This document shows positions 1-13,580 of a stretch of DNA of 64,000 bases, one piece after another (within the stretch, counting starts at the first letter, position 1; the number at the start of each line of letters is the position of its first letter). A model generated the notes under the pieces. It was not told the origin of the DNA. It worked only from the letters and a program-made list of their open reading frames with translations, and did not search any database. Made by a program: the position numbers and the translations under genes. This stretch comes from a virus. The stretch spans positions 4,769 through 68,768 of the IMG/VR virus record IMGVR_UViG_3300032322_001562; one strand, given 5' to 3'.

Positions 1-45
1 GGAAACGTAAGCTGGTCAGCCTAGTAATCATTTTGCCCCTTTTCG

Positions 46-53
46 GGTAAAAT
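46..53 (+). promoter_or_regulatory. Putative promoter -10 motif GGTAAAAT
   Basis: The same octamer recurs upstream of gene blocks at 11064(+), 16667(-), 36127(-), 42886(-) and 53882(-). Confidence 0.6.
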
Positions 54-87
54 AATAGGGACTAGTCTTCTGCCAAAGGACGCCCCT

Positions 88-1994
<1,907 letters not shown>

Positions 1995-1996
1995 CC

Positions 1997-2707
1997 ATGG
2001 TACTTTTAACAGACGCCGATGCTTTGTATTACGGAACAAGCAGTATAAGTAGAGTTTATCTAGGGGATACCCAAAAGTGGCCAGCTTCTGGCCCAATTAG
2101 TGGAGACCCGTCTTTGACTTTAGGTACTGAAGTTGCTTGGACATCTGGAACATACTTTGATAGTTGGACAAGTAGAAGCGGCGTAACAACTACAGATATT
2201 GCTAGCTATGATACTAACAATTTGGTTTGGCAGCTTTTTTATGCACACAAAGCTATTCGAATCTCAGTTGGGTCTAATCGAGTTGGAATTAATCCAAGAC
2301 AAAATGGTACAAACTCAATAACTTTAAGAGCGGCTGTTTCCTCAGCAAATAACACTATTGGAAGTTTTACTGGAGAAAACAGCTATGGATCAACTAGCGG
2401 ATCTTATCAAGCAGGAGTGCTTAGAGAATTTGCTACAAACACACTTTTAAGTATTCCAGCAAATAGATATTTCTTGCTTGGAATTGTAAACGGGCCTTTT
2501 TACAGAACATTTAAAACACTTGCAGCAAATAGAACTGCAATAGTAAACAACGAAGCTGTTGTAACCGTAGTAAATAAGTTTTGGTGGCCCGGATGGCCAT
2601 CTGGCCCGACAACCGGGATTCCAACCCAGCTCGGGGGATCAACAGCTGGCTATACTGAAAGATCAGGGTTTGTGCCAGTAACCAGTTTTAAGTTTGAGAT
2701 TGTGTAG
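1997..2707 (+). CDS. Putative fibre-associated/receptor-binding protein
   Basis: N-terminal LYYG..I.RVYLG...WP motif often found after fibre genes; Ser/Thr/Gly-rich beta-like body. Confidence 0.55.
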   Translation: MVLLTDADALYYGTSSISRVYLGDTQKWPASGPISGDPSLTLGTEVAWTSGTYFDSWTSRSGVTTTDIASYDTNNLVWQLFYAHKAIRISVGSNRVGINPRQNGTNSITLRAAVSSANNTIGSFTGENSYGSTSGSYQAGVLREFATNTLLSIPANRYFLLGIVNGPFYRTFKTLAANRTAIVNNEAVVTVVNKFWWPGWPSGPTTGIPTQLGGSTAGYTERSGFVPVTSFKFEIV

Positions 2708-4200
<1,493 letters not shown>

Positions 4201-4201
<1 letters not shown>

Positions 4202-4695
4202 TGAAGCCTATTAGCATAGGCGTTATAGCCTCTCAGTTAGTTAAAATATTTACAACCACGACCACGACCACAACCACTACAACTACAACAACCCCCGCAC
4301 CAACAACAACAACTACAACTACAACAACTACCACCCCAGCACCAACTACCACAACCACAACTACAACAACCCCAGCGCCAACCACTACAACAACTACAAC
4401 AACTACTACCGAAGCACCAGCTACGACCACAACTACAACTACAACAGCCGCTCCAAGCTGTAGCGGAACCTGTAGTGCTGGAACCGTTGGAAATACAACT
4501 AATTGCGGTGCACTAACTGGAAGTTGTACTCCTTCAGGTTGCGGCCCAGGATGTACTGTAACTTGTACAAACTACTGCAGCACGGCTGCAAGCTCTCCTG
4601 GACAAAGCGTTACAGCCTCAGGCCCCTGTGGATCATTCACTGTTACAGCCACATTCCCGGGAGCTAGAGCAGTTATTAGGTGTTGCGCGTGCTAG
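4201..4695 (+). CDS. Mucin-like Thr-rich protein with a 12-Cys C-terminal domain
   Basis: ATG at 4201 overlaps the upstream stop (TAATG) and is preferred to the track's 4171 start; Thr runs are separated by PAP/EAPA. Confidence 0.8.
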
Positions 4696-4727
4696 TAAAC
4701 CTGATATGCTATGTCTAGGAGGCAATT

Positions 4728-4874
4728 TTGTCTGAAGAAGAAATTAATATAGTAGTTTCACACAAGTTTGCAGTATTTGTAGATGGAGAATTAGTTTCTA
4801 TCAATAACTGTGACGATAGAATGGCAGCAATACTTAACAGCAGCCCGAGATTTGAGGAGATAGCAGATGATTGA
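4728..4874 (+). CDS. Small hypothetical protein (48 aa, not in ORF track)
   Basis: AGGAGG SD at 4717, TTG start, MSEEEINIVVSHKFAVFVDGELVSINNCDDRMAAILNSSPRFEEIADD; overlaps the next start. Confidence 0.75.
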   Translation: MSEEEINIVVSHKFAVFVDGELVSINNCDDRMAAILNSSPRFEEIADD

Positions 4875-5079
4875 AGGAATATCTAGGGAAGAAGTTGAAG
4901 CTGTTATGCAGCAAGCTATATCTGACTATAGCAATTCAACGGATCCTAAAGAGTACAGATTTAAAATATGGGTAGAAGATGAATTAGTAGACATTATGAC
5001 TTTGCCCTCTTATCTTGCTCCTATTTATAGGAATAACCCAGTTTTTATAGAAGTAACTGGCAACCCTATTTTTGATTAG
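4867..5079 (+). CDS. Small hypothetical protein, apparent paralogue of 4728-4874
   Basis: Shares an F.++V++ELV.I......A.I...P.F.E+ pattern with the preceding ORF; GAGGAG SD. Confidence 0.7.
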   Translation: MIEGISREEVEAVMQQAISDYSNSTDPKEYRFKIWVEDELVDIMTLPSYLAPIYRNNPVFIEVTGNPIFD

Positions 5080-5087
5080 GAATCTTT

Positions 5088-5324
5088 ATGAGTGAATTAT
5101 CGCCATGGCAAAAATGGAAACAAGCTCAGGGTGACACAAGGCCTTGGCATCTGTTAGATCCTAATGTTTCTAAGGCGGACGAGGAAATCGTAGCTAAAAG
5201 ATTAGAAATTTGCAAAGGTTGCGAGCATCTAATCAAAGTAACAACACAGTGCACAAAGTGCGGATGTTTTATGAATTTAAAAACAAAACTACAAGCTGCT
5301 GCCTGTCCTATAGGTAAGTGGTAG
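5088..5324 (+). CDS. Small Cys-rich protein (DUF6171-like)
   Basis: RLEICKGC...QCTKCGCFM..K..L..A.CPIGKW. Confidence 0.75.
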   Translation: MSELSPWQKWKQAQGDTRPWHLLDPNVSKADEEIVAKRLEICKGCEHLIKVTTQCTKCGCFMNLKTKLQAAACPIGKW

Positions 5325-5346
5325 TTTTTACAAAATACGAGACTAA

Positions 5347-6357
5347 ATGACTAACAATGTAGATTACAAAATTCACATGGCCCAAATAGACCCCAACGGG
5401 CTTTGTAATGTTGGGTGCTGGTTCTGTCCCGTAGGCTACACCCCTAATCCAGAAATTGGCAGAAAAAATATGCCAATAGAGATGCTAGAAAACATACTTC
5501 AGCAACTTAATGATGGTAAAGGAAATTTTGTATCTACTAACTTTGACTTTATCTACACTGCCCACTACAACGAAGTTCTTTTATACAAATATTTTCCAGA
5601 AATGTTAGAACTTTTTCGTAGGTACGGATTTAAGACAATAATTTTAACTAATGGTACTCCGCTAGTGCCAGCAAAAACTGATTTAATCAAACAGTATCAA
5701 GATGTGGTCTACGGCATAAACTTTAATACTCCTTCTTCAGACCCAGCACGGTGGGCCGAGCTGACTCAGTCAAACATCAAGATGCATGACCGTCTAACGA
5801 GCAACATCCAATATGCCATTGATCAGCTGCCAGAAATGTTTGAAACAAGAAGATTATCTATCCAGGTAAACGGCATGAATAAAATGTCTTTGTATGAGTA
5901 TGGCGGGTGGCTAGACAAATTAGTTAATGCTCCTGAACTTGACCTAGATCCGGAAACAGGGTCGCTCTCAACTGAAGTAAAAGAGTTTATGGAAAAATTT
6001 CCTGGACTTCAGGTTTATCCAATGCCAAGCCTTATTGACCGTGCTGGACATTTGGATCGAAAAGGCGTAATTACAAACGCAAATGGAATTCAAAAATATC
6101 TTAAAAAAGAAAACTCCAGAGTAATCGGCTGCGGAAATGGAATAGAAGTTGGTGGACGCCCCAACGGCTGGGTACATATTAACGCCAACGGAGATTTATT
6201 TATTTGTTGCAATGACTATGATTTTGACACAATCTTCGGAAATGTTGCTGAAAAACCTCTTAGCCATCTGTGGATGAGCCCAGAGCATCGAGCCATGATA
6301 GATCACTCTTATGACACAATCTGCCGAACCTGCGCAGCTGCCATTTGGGGGGACTAA
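5347..6357 (+). CDS. Radical SAM enzyme with SPASM/Twitch-like C-terminal domain
   Basis: CxxxCxxC motif (CNVGCWFC) and LTNG; C-terminal GC...NGDLFICCND..FGN...CRTC auxiliary-cluster pattern. Confidence 0.9.
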   Translation: MTNNVDYKIHMAQIDPNGLCNVGCWFCPVGYTPNPEIGRKNMPIEMLENILQQLNDGKGNFVSTNFDFIYTAHYNEVLLYKYFPEMLELFRRYGFKTIILTNGTPLVPAKTDLIKQYQDVVYGINFNTPSSDPARWAELTQSNIKMHDRLTSNIQYAIDQLPEMFETRRLSIQVNGMNKMSLYEYGGWLDKLVNAPELDLDPETGSLSTEVKEFMEKFPGLQVYPMPSLIDRAGHLDRKGVITNANGIQKYLKKENSRVIGCGNGIEVGGRPNGWVHINANGDLFICCNDYDFDTIFGNVAEKPLSHLWMSPEHRAMIDHSYDTICRTCAAAIWGD

Positions 6358-7269
6358 ATTTCTAGCATATTTATTCAAATTTCGTCTTATCACGATTACG
6401 AACTTCCCAAAACCATACTGAGTGCATTAACCAATGCTTCGGGAGAAAATGAAATCTACTTAGGGGTTCATCACATATATAAAGACATTAATGATATAGA
6501 AATCCCGGACTTGCCAAATGTAAAAGTTACACTAAGTCAAGCCCCAAACAATTTAGGCATGGGAATTGGAAGAAAGATCGCTCACAAACATTACAATGGC
6601 GAAGATTATTATGTTCAAGTAGATGCTCACACAAGATTTAATAAAAATTGGGACAGAACTTATATAAATCAAATTAAGTACTATCAGGCTATGGGAATAG
6701 AAAAACCAATACTAACTTGCTATCCTAAAAACTACTGGTATTTAGCAGATGGCTCTGAGTTCTTAGAAAACAGTCTGAATGTCACATTAATTTCTTTTCA
6801 CGAAAAGCCAGAGCTTTTTAAAAATTTTAGAATCACTTCTCAAGCAGCGATGCCAAATTCTTCAGTAGGTATATACACAAGGTCTGTGTCTGGCGGCTCT
6901 ATTTTTACTGTAGGACCATTCATAGAGCCAAATTCTAAAATTTTAGCGGGAGGAGAAGAGTTAGTAATAGCCGCTAGAGCGTATACCCACGGATATGACT
7001 TAGTTCTACCTAGGTCACTAGAAATTTGGCATTTATATTACAACCACAATGTTCCAGAAATAAACAAAAGACGTCTAGCCTGGAACGACTACCCAGAGAT
7101 AACAAACGGCTTAGATCAAGTAAGTCAATCAGAAATAAAACGGCTTTTTCTAAACGCCCCTATTGGAGAAGAAGAGTTTGGAACAGAAAGAACCCTAGAA
7201 GAGTTTGGAAAATTCGTAGGCTTAGACTTTGTTAATGGGGAAATAGTAAAGTCTGAGTGTTGTGGCTAG
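6358..7269 (+). CDS. GT60-like (Gnt1/Skp1-type) alpha-GlcNAc transferase; start non-canonical or uncertain
   Basis: IFIQISSYHD (upstream of the track's 6511 start, same frame), QVDAHTRF..NWD, ILTCYP, GEE...ARAYTHGYDL, HLYY. Confidence 0.75.
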   Translation: MSSIFIQISSYHDYELPKTILSALTNASGENEIYLGVHHIYKDINDIEIPDLPNVKVTLSQAPNNLGMGIGRKIAHKHYNGEDYYVQVDAHTRFNKNWDRTYINQIKYYQAMGIEKPILTCYPKNYWYLADGSEFLENSLNVTLISFHEKPELFKNFRITSQAAMPNSSVGIYTRSVSGGSIFTVGPFIEPNSKILAGGEELVIAARAYTHGYDLVLPRSLEIWHLYYNHNVPEINKRRLAWNDYPEITNGLDQVSQSEIKRLFLNAPIGEEEFGTERTLEEFGKFVGLDFVNGEIVKSECCG

Positions 7270-7388
7270 GCCGCTTTAATAGATTTTCGGCGTTCTTTCT
7301 CGTGCTTTTCTTCGCACTCTCTGGCTAGTGATGGAACAACGTGAAACTTTTCACATTCTTTGCATATGTAGTCAGTTTTTTGAGCCAA
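7266..7388 (-). CDS. 40-aa zinc-finger-like peptide (not in ORF track)
   Basis: TTG start after GAGG; MAQKTDYICKECEKFHVVPSLARECEEKHEKERRKSIKAA (CxxC...CxxxH). Confidence 0.6.
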   Translation of the reverse strand: MAQKTDYICKECEKFHVVPSLARECEEKHEKERRKSIKAA

Positions 7389-7438
7389 TATTCTGTTACC
7401 TCGATGTCGTGGACCTCGTGTAACTATTTTCTCATATT

Positions 7439-8221
7439 TTAGACTTCTGGATCCGGGAACTGTCTAAGCTCTAGCGAATATAAAAAGTTCCCAGAAAATG
7501 TGTAGTCTCCAATGTGAGTCATACGGACCCACGGGGCTGCCCAAACATCATTTCCAAGGTCTCTCCACTTCTTGCAAAAGTAGTAGTCTTCGGAAAGAAG
7601 AATGTCTTGACCACTTTCGTTGTCGATCTCGGTCTTAAAGTATTCAGTAACAACGTCTCCTAGCTCAACGTCGCGGCCTAAGCCGTTAGCAACATAAGTA
7701 GCACAGTGAGGTTTTAGCTCTTCAAAAACCTTTCTAGAAATAAACATCAGTCCAGTGCCAACATCTCGTACTTTAAAAGGTTCGTCAGTTTTAAATTCCT
7801 GAGGCTCGTCCAGCAGATTAAGAGCGAAAGATCCAGAATACAGTTCTAAGTTTTTCTTTCCAAGCATGGCAGCTTTGCGAACAGCTTCCCAGTTAATGCC
7901 CTTCATTGGATAGATGCCACCAATCAAGTCTTTTCCAGACTCGATCATCTTGACAACATCTTTTGCAACAAAACCGTGGTCAGCGTCTACAAACAGCAAC
8001 GCGGAGTGGTCTGGCATGTTATTCATAAAATTGTGTACTAGCGAGTTTCTGGCTCTAGTAATCAGGCTTTCATTGCCGATGTGCATCTGAGTAACAGACC
8101 AGCCTGCTCTAGCCAGCTCAAATATCAAGTCTGAGACACTAGTAACGTAAGCACTTTTAGCGTTACCGCCATACATAGGAGTGGCGATGCAAATTTTTTT
8201 TATTTCTTTAGTTTCTGTCAT
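7439..8221 (-). CDS. GT-A-fold glycosyltransferase-like protein
   Basis: IATPMYGG, ESLITRARN, FVDAD (DxD), GTGLM.I.R.VF, SEDYYFC. Confidence 0.65.
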   Translation of the reverse strand: MTETKEIKKICIATPMYGGNAKSAYVTSVSDLIFELARAGWSVTQMHIGNESLITRARNSLVHNFMNNMPDHSALLFVDADHGFVAKDVVKMIESGKDLIGGIYPMKGINWEAVRKAAMLGKKNLELYSGSFALNLLDEPQEFKTDEPFKVRDVGTGLMFISRKVFEELKPHCATYVANGLGRDVELGDVVTEYFKTEIDNESGQDILLSEDYYFCKKWRDLGNDVWAAPWVRMTHIGDYTFSGNFLYSLELRQFPDPEV

Positions 8222-10891
8222 TTATAGCCTTATTCCATTCAACAAGCTGTTAAAGTCTACATTATCATTGGCAGAAGCTTGAACAGGTGCAACTTCTTTT
8301 ATCATTCTAGAGTAATTAAGAAGTACGGCTCTGTTTCCTTCGCCTTCAATCTTAAGCCCTCTATCGCCAAGCTTACGCTGGAATCCAATCTGAGTCAAGG
8401 CACGCTCATTTCGACTCTCGCTCCACATCCTGTAGATGCTAAACAAGTCGCTAATCATTATGCTGCCGCCCTCGTTGGTTACAGTCTCCTCGGCAAGGAA
8501 CGCTCCAATTCTGTCCTCGTTCTTCTTGTAAACCTCGCAGGCATCTTTAATTACAGAAGATAGGTTGATATCTAGCGGATCTCTACTAGCGCTCCAACCA
8601 AAATACTTAACAGCTCCTTCTACTGCCCAGGAGAACACCGCGGGTAGACCACCTTCTGGGTCAGATAGATACTCCTTCAAGGTTGGATCTGGAGTAATTG
8701 GAATGTTAGTTAGTGGCAGCACACGCAAACGACGCCACATGGCATCGTCAGTAATGATTGGTCTGTGGTTGGTTGTAATCCAAAGCTTGGCTTTTGATTC
8801 AAAAGTAAAAGGCTTTTCTCCAGGAGATCTACCAGTAAGGTTCATAGAACCTGTCATTTTCTTGACCTGGTTTTCCTTAATTCGGTCGCCTTCTGGAAGC
8901 TCATCGACCCAGGCCATACGCTTTCCGCGAAGCTCGGCCATGTAGTACTGGTCGGATGCATCTTTTTTACCTTCGTTGGCAATCAGCATATTCGAGTCCA
9001 ACATCATGGCATAGTCGTTGTGTCCTAGAGCGTTAAAGACAGTTTCGACAAACGTATTCTTACCAGAGCCGGGAGGACCATAGACAAGGAAAAGTATGTC
9101 CTGCTTGTTTAGACCTGTAAGCGTGTAACCAACAGCCCTTTGCAGCCAGGATTCATAATCTTTATCGCCACCAGTTGCATATTCTAGGAACTGACTCCAT
9201 CGAACATTTACAAGCCCTGGAATGTAGCCGACAGACACCCTCTTTGTAATGTTTAGGTCAGGGCGTCCAGTCATAAGCTCGCCAGTGCGCAAATTCACAA
9301 CGCCATTCTTAACACCAATAAGCTCACTGTCAGCGTCCCACTTATTAACTGGAACTCTAATTCTTTCATCGGAGTTAGCGCTAGTAATCATGTTGTTAAT
9401 TCTGGCAACAGATTTAGTCTGTTTAGCCCAGTTAATTAGCTCGCCCTGCTTGCTATCATCTCCTGCATAGTGGCGAACTTCAGACGCAACTACTGCTGCG
9501 ATACGCTTTGAAAGTTCTAGAATAGAAAGTTTTTCTGGATCTGGCTTCCAGTAGTTGCCGTCCCAGTAAAACCACCCAAGGCCTTCGGAGTATCGGATTA
9601 CAGATTCGTAAGTATCTACAAGCCGTCTTCCATTTCCAGTGTCAGACAAAGTTCTCTTACCAGGAGTACCACCATCTTCCACGCTAAGAGCGTCAGGGTC
9701 TTTAGGAACATTTAGATTTCCGTTAGTGACAATGTCTGAAGCCGACATACCAGCTTCGGCAAAGCTTTTTACCTGTCCACCTACTGCGTTAGGCGGAACA
9801 ACCTGAGGAGCATCGTCGTCTTCGTAAACTTCTACTTCCGAGCTGGTTACAGAATTTTGTAGATTCTTAGCCCAAACAGTTCCCTCGTTTTTAACCCAGT
9901 CTGTAATTCCAGCCCACCCTCTATCTGCAATAGGGTTGGCTTTTACAAACTCGATTGCACGACGAACGTGCATCAAAAGACCGTTACTTCCCTCAAGCTC
10001 CATCGGAGGACGAATCTTTTCGTAGTTGAAGCGAATCATCATCGTCTCGATGAACTGAGCGTCCTGCTCGCTGGTGCCATATTTGTTTGCCAGTGCGCAA
10101 ACAAGAGGGTAAAGAGTGATTGCTCTAGAGCCTTCATCAATGCCGTCTCTGAGAATCTTTTCCATGTCAAGACGTTCGTTGTCATAGACAAGGTTGTCGA
10201 AAGCGGACCAGTTGGCATCAGAGTATCTAGTGCTTACAGCACCGCCTGTACCCTTACGGTTTTTAGCCCTGATTACTGCAAGAAGCTCTTCTGGAGCATC
10301 GGCAATCTCCATTTCCCATGGAGCGTGACCAGGTTTCCATTCGTAAACAAACCCAGAAAAATGTCTAGATGGAGATATAAGAATGTACCCGTTGTGCTTT
10401 ACATCAATTCCGTTTAAGCCCTCGGACTTAAAATTTCCAATAAATTTTTCGTTAGGGTCGCACTTATAGATGAAGTGTCTTCCACGAACATTCTTACCCT
10501 TATCACTGTGTGATCCAGTAATTGCTTCAACAGTTGGTGGCAGCGCCCCCTGAGCTAGCTCTTCTAGTTTTAGGAATGACTCGTCTCCACCGGAACGAGG
10601 GTCGATATCGATTACTAGAAAGCCAGAGCCCTTGCAGTAAACGCCGATATTGTAGTTGGGATTCTCCTCCCACCACTTTTCAATCTGGGTTAAGTCAGAT
10701 GTAGATTCGCTGTTCCAGCCAATAATTGCTGGGTGCTTTCCTATGTCTTTTGGCTCTGCGTGCTCCTTACCGCAGGTGCACTTTCCAGACTCGTTGATAC
10801 CATGAACTGGGAGAATCTTCCACCCGCGCTCGCGGGCATACCATGAGGCTCCTCTGCCTAATTTTCCGTCTGCCGATGCCCAATCTCTCAT
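8222..10891 (-). CDS. Bifunctional primase-polymerase / P4-D5-type SF3 helicase
   Basis: N-terminal prim-pol (GKHP, NIG, VIDID, G.H); D5_N (SDTGNGRRL); Walker A GPPGSGKN; TNHRP, AMWRR. Confidence 0.92.
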   Translation of the reverse strand: MRDWASADGKLGRGASWYARERGWKILPVHGINESGKCTCGKEHAEPKDIGKHPAIIGWNSESTSDLTQIEKWWEENPNYNIGVYCKGSGFLVIDIDPRSGGDESFLKLEELAQGALPPTVEAITGSHSDKGKNVRGRHFIYKCDPNEKFIGNFKSEGLNGIDVKHNGYILISPSRHFSGFVYEWKPGHAPWEMEIADAPEELLAVIRAKNRKGTGGAVSTRYSDANWSAFDNLVYDNERLDMEKILRDGIDEGSRAITLYPLVCALANKYGTSEQDAQFIETMMIRFNYEKIRPPMELEGSNGLLMHVRRAIEFVKANPIADRGWAGITDWVKNEGTVWAKNLQNSVTSSEVEVYEDDDAPQVVPPNAVGGQVKSFAEAGMSASDIVTNGNLNVPKDPDALSVEDGGTPGKRTLSDTGNGRRLVDTYESVIRYSEGLGWFYWDGNYWKPDPEKLSILELSKRIAAVVASEVRHYAGDDSKQGELINWAKQTKSVARINNMITSANSDERIRVPVNKWDADSELIGVKNGVVNLRTGELMTGRPDLNITKRVSVGYIPGLVNVRWSQFLEYATGGDKDYESWLQRAVGYTLTGLNKQDILFLVYGPPGSGKNTFVETVFNALGHNDYAMMLDSNMLIANEGKKDASDQYYMAELRGKRMAWVDELPEGDRIKENQVKKMTGSMNLTGRSPGEKPFTFESKAKLWITTNHRPIITDDAMWRRLRVLPLTNIPITPDPTLKEYLSDPEGGLPAVFSWAVEGAVKYFGWSASRDPLDINLSSVIKDACEVYKKNEDRIGAFLAEETVTNEGGSIMISDLFSIYRMWSESRNERALTQIGFQRKLGDRGLKIEGEGNRAVLLNYSRMIKEVAPVQASANDNVDFNSLLNGIRL

Positions 10892-11063
10892 CAGCTTCTG
10901 GCCTCATTGTCACTAAACGAAAACATAACTCTCCACAAAAACTTGAGTACAGCATACACAGAATTCTCAGGCATGCAAGATAAAATGCCAAAATTGGCTA
11001 AAAATTATTCGAGCTGTGACCAACTTAATGGCTAGACCCCTCGAATAAAGGGAACCCTATTAG

Positions 11064-11071
11064 GGTAAAAT
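11064..11071 (+). promoter_or_regulatory. Putative promoter motif GGTAAAAT
   Basis: Recurrent octamer in the divergent intergenic region. Confidence 0.55.
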
Positions 11072-11118
11072 AGACGGAGCAAATCTAATTGATCGATCTG
11101 TAGGAAATAGTATAGACC

Positions 11119-11466
11119 ATGACCTCCGACATTATTCTAACCGTGTCGGCTGTAGTTAGTGCCTTTGGAATTTTAATTGGCGCTATCTACGCCATTTACA
11201 GAATTGCTCGTAGAATCGGCGACACCCTCGGGGTGGACAAAGAAGGCCGTACCCTTTCAGAAAGGCTAGAGCGAGTCGAATACCAGCTTTGGGAAAACGG
11301 CGGCAGCTCTCTAGCTGATCGAGTCAACAACATCGAGATGCACGTTGTTAAGGTTTCCACAGAGATAGAACTAATAAAAGACATCACCCTCGGTCTTCAC
11401 AACACCGTGTCCAACCAAGTTGTGGATGATGTCCCCCAAAAAAAGACACGCCGTAAAGCAAGCTAA
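11119..11466 (+). CDS. Membrane-anchored protein with ENGGSSL.D motif (possibly lysis-associated)
   Basis: N-terminal transmembrane segment, then coiled coil and the NGGSSLAD motif common in actinophage membrane proteins. Confidence 0.6.
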   Translation: MTSDIILTVSAVVSAFGILIGAIYAIYRIARRIGDTLGVDKEGRTLSERLERVEYQLWENGGSSLADRVNNIEMHVVKVSTEIELIKDITLGLHNTVSNQVVDDVPQKKTRRKAS

Positions 11467-11518
11467 TTTACCTATCTTGTAGTAGCATAGTCTCAACCTT
11501 TAGTTGAAGGAGAGGACT

Positions 11519-11797
11519 ATGGCTCTAGCAGACCGCCTTCAGGCTGCTACCTATACATATCAGCAAAAAAGCTCCCTGTGCAAGTTAATGCAGGTCACCC
11601 TTGATCCGAAGCTGTCGGAGGAAGACTCAAAATCAGTCCTGGCAATTATTAATAGCCAGCCCGGTGACGAGGCTCATGTGCCGAACATACGACTTGCATA
11701 CGCTCTTCGTGCCGAAGGATATGATGTAAGTCCAAGCGCAGTGGACAGGCACCGCCGCAATATCTGTGCATGCAGTAGACCATCCAAGGGAGAATAA
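11519..11797 (+). CDS. Hypothetical DNA-binding-like protein
   Basis: ATG at 11519 after AAGGAGAGG; C-terminal HRR..C.C; such genes often precede phage phosphoesterases. Confidence 0.6.
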   Translation: MALADRLQAATYTYQQKSSLCKLMQVTLDPKLSEEDSKSVLAIINSQPGDEAHVPNIRLAYALRAEGYDVSPSAVDRHRRNICACSRPSKGE

Positions 11798-12993
11798 TGG
11801 GTCTGTCAGAAAAACTAGAACAACTACGCAATCCAGGCCCATCTGGTTCCGACACTAGGTCGAATAAAACACCAGAAGACTGGCGTCCAAGAATGGACTT
11901 GGACTCGGTTAGAGGTGGATTCGTAATCGGATCTCCCAAACCAGCAGGAGAAGTAACAGACGCAAATACTGTACTCGCCGAATTTGGACTAAATCCGAAC
12001 GAGTGGTGCGTCACCTCGATGCGCCGAGGAAAGTGGCAAGTTTATAACGGAGAATGGCTCGAATCCGTTCGAGTAAATGTAGTGCCAACAGGAATGGTTG
12101 CTACAGACGAATTAGACATAGAAGCTCTGGTTGATCACATTAAAAAATGGCGTCCGGGTAAGGGAATTAAAAAGTCCACTGGCCCAGGCGCCTTTCTTAT
12201 TGCTCCTAGCGATCAGCAAATTGGTAAGAAGGCAAACGGACAAGGTACGGGACAGTCTGTAGACCGTATTTTGTCACTAACGGAAAAGGCAGTACAAAAA
12301 TTTGAAACTCATAAAAAAGCTGGTCTTTCTCTTGGGACTGTCTGCATTGCTCTACTGGGTGACCATGTCGAAGGAACCACCAGCCAAAACGGAAGGCTCC
12401 AAGGACAGGCAGCGTCCGATCTCGGCATTACAGAACAAACAAGAGTTGCCCGTCGACTCTTACTGGCGCAGATAAAAGCTCTTGCTCCACTAGCAGAGCG
12501 AGTAATTATTCCAGTCATCAATGGAAACCACGACGAGGCTACTCGCCAGGTTGTCACCGATCCAGCAGACGGCTGGAACGTAGAGATTGCATCTGCTGTG
12601 CAAGACATCTGTGCAGAAAATCCAGAGCTAGCTCATGTCGAGTTTCGCTATCCAAGCTCAGGGCACCAAACTCTCACTGTAGATGTAAACGGAACTATGG
12701 TTGGACTTTTTCACGGACACCAAGTCGGTCAAAACAATACATTGAAGTATTTAGCTCAGCAGGCAGCTGGACAGACCGCACTTGGCGGAGCAGACATTTG
12801 GTTGTCTGGTCACTACCACAACTTCAAGACTATGGACGTTGGAGAACGACTGTGGATTCAGGCTCCAACAACAGACCCGGGAAGCGAGTGGTTTAGAGAC
12901 CGGGCTGGAATGAACTCCAAGCCAGGACTTTTGACTCTAGTTGTTGGTGGCGACTATGAGCCAAGAGAACACATCAGCGTATTGGCGGTGTAA
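11797..12993 (+). CDS. Calcineurin-like metallophosphoesterase (Mre11-like)
   Basis: SDQQIG, LGD, GNHD, HGH, GHYH motifs. Confidence 0.85.
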   Translation: MGLSEKLEQLRNPGPSGSDTRSNKTPEDWRPRMDLDSVRGGFVIGSPKPAGEVTDANTVLAEFGLNPNEWCVTSMRRGKWQVYNGEWLESVRVNVVPTGMVATDELDIEALVDHIKKWRPGKGIKKSTGPGAFLIAPSDQQIGKKANGQGTGQSVDRILSLTEKAVQKFETHKKAGLSLGTVCIALLGDHVEGTTSQNGRLQGQAASDLGITEQTRVARRLLLAQIKALAPLAERVIIPVINGNHDEATRQVVTDPADGWNVEIASAVQDICAENPELAHVEFRYPSSGHQTLTVDVNGTMVGLFHGHQVGQNNTLKYLAQQAAGQTALGGADIWLSGHYHNFKTMDVGERLWIQAPTTDPGSEWFRDRAGMNSKPGLLTLVVGGDYEPREHISVLAV

Positions 12994-12995
12994 TT

Positions 12996-13580
12996 ATGAC
13001 TAACTACCCCAACTGGTTTGCAGTTTCCGGCGAGTGGTATTTCAAAAAACATCTTTCTCCAGTAGAAGATAGAAGACTGAACGCACTTCAGATTGGTGCA
13101 TATACGGGAGACGCCACTGTTTGGCTAATGGAAAACTATCTGCTTCATCCCTCTTCAACTCTCACAGACGTAGATACGTGGAAAGGCTCTGACGAAGAAG
13201 TACACAAGAGCTTCGACTGGGAAGACGTCGAGACTGTCTACTCTAATAAAACCCAGAAGTATGCTGCCGAGGGAAAACTAATAAAGTTTCGTGGAGACAG
13301 CGACAGCTTCTTTTCGGCCTCTGGATTCCTAAGCAGAAAATACGATTTTATCTATGTAGACGGCGACCACACCGCCAGAGCCGTTCTTAAAGACGGAATG
13401 AATGCTTTGGAAGTTTGCGCCCCAGGCGGTATAGTGGCTTTTGACGACTACATGTGGCGTTCTGGGCGTGGAGCTACTTACGACCCATATCCCGCAATAG
13501 ACGCCCTTATGGTAGCGTATGCAGATAAGTTTGAAGTTATAGAAAAAGGCGCACAGGTTTGGATGAGGAATGTCCAGTAA
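12996..13580 (+). CDS. Class I SAM methyltransferase (Methyltransf_24-like)
   Basis: QIGAYTG, VDTW, DFIYVDGDH, GGIVAFDDY. Confidence 0.85.
   Translation: MTNYPNWFAVSGEWYFKKHLSPVEDRRLNALQIGAYTGDATVWLMENYLLHPSSTLTDVDTWKGSDEEVHKSFDWEDVETVYSNKTQKYAAEGKLIKFRGDSDSFFSASGFLSRKYDFIYVDGDHTARAVLKDGMNALEVCAPGGIVAFDDYMWRSGRGATYDPYPAIDALMVAYADKFEVIEKGAQVWMRNVQ

Noticed and set aside
4233-4450. ACN repeats as a CRISPR or microsatellite; antisense poly-Val ORF
   Set aside because: Third positions vary as expected for Thr codons, and there is no repeat-spacer structure.
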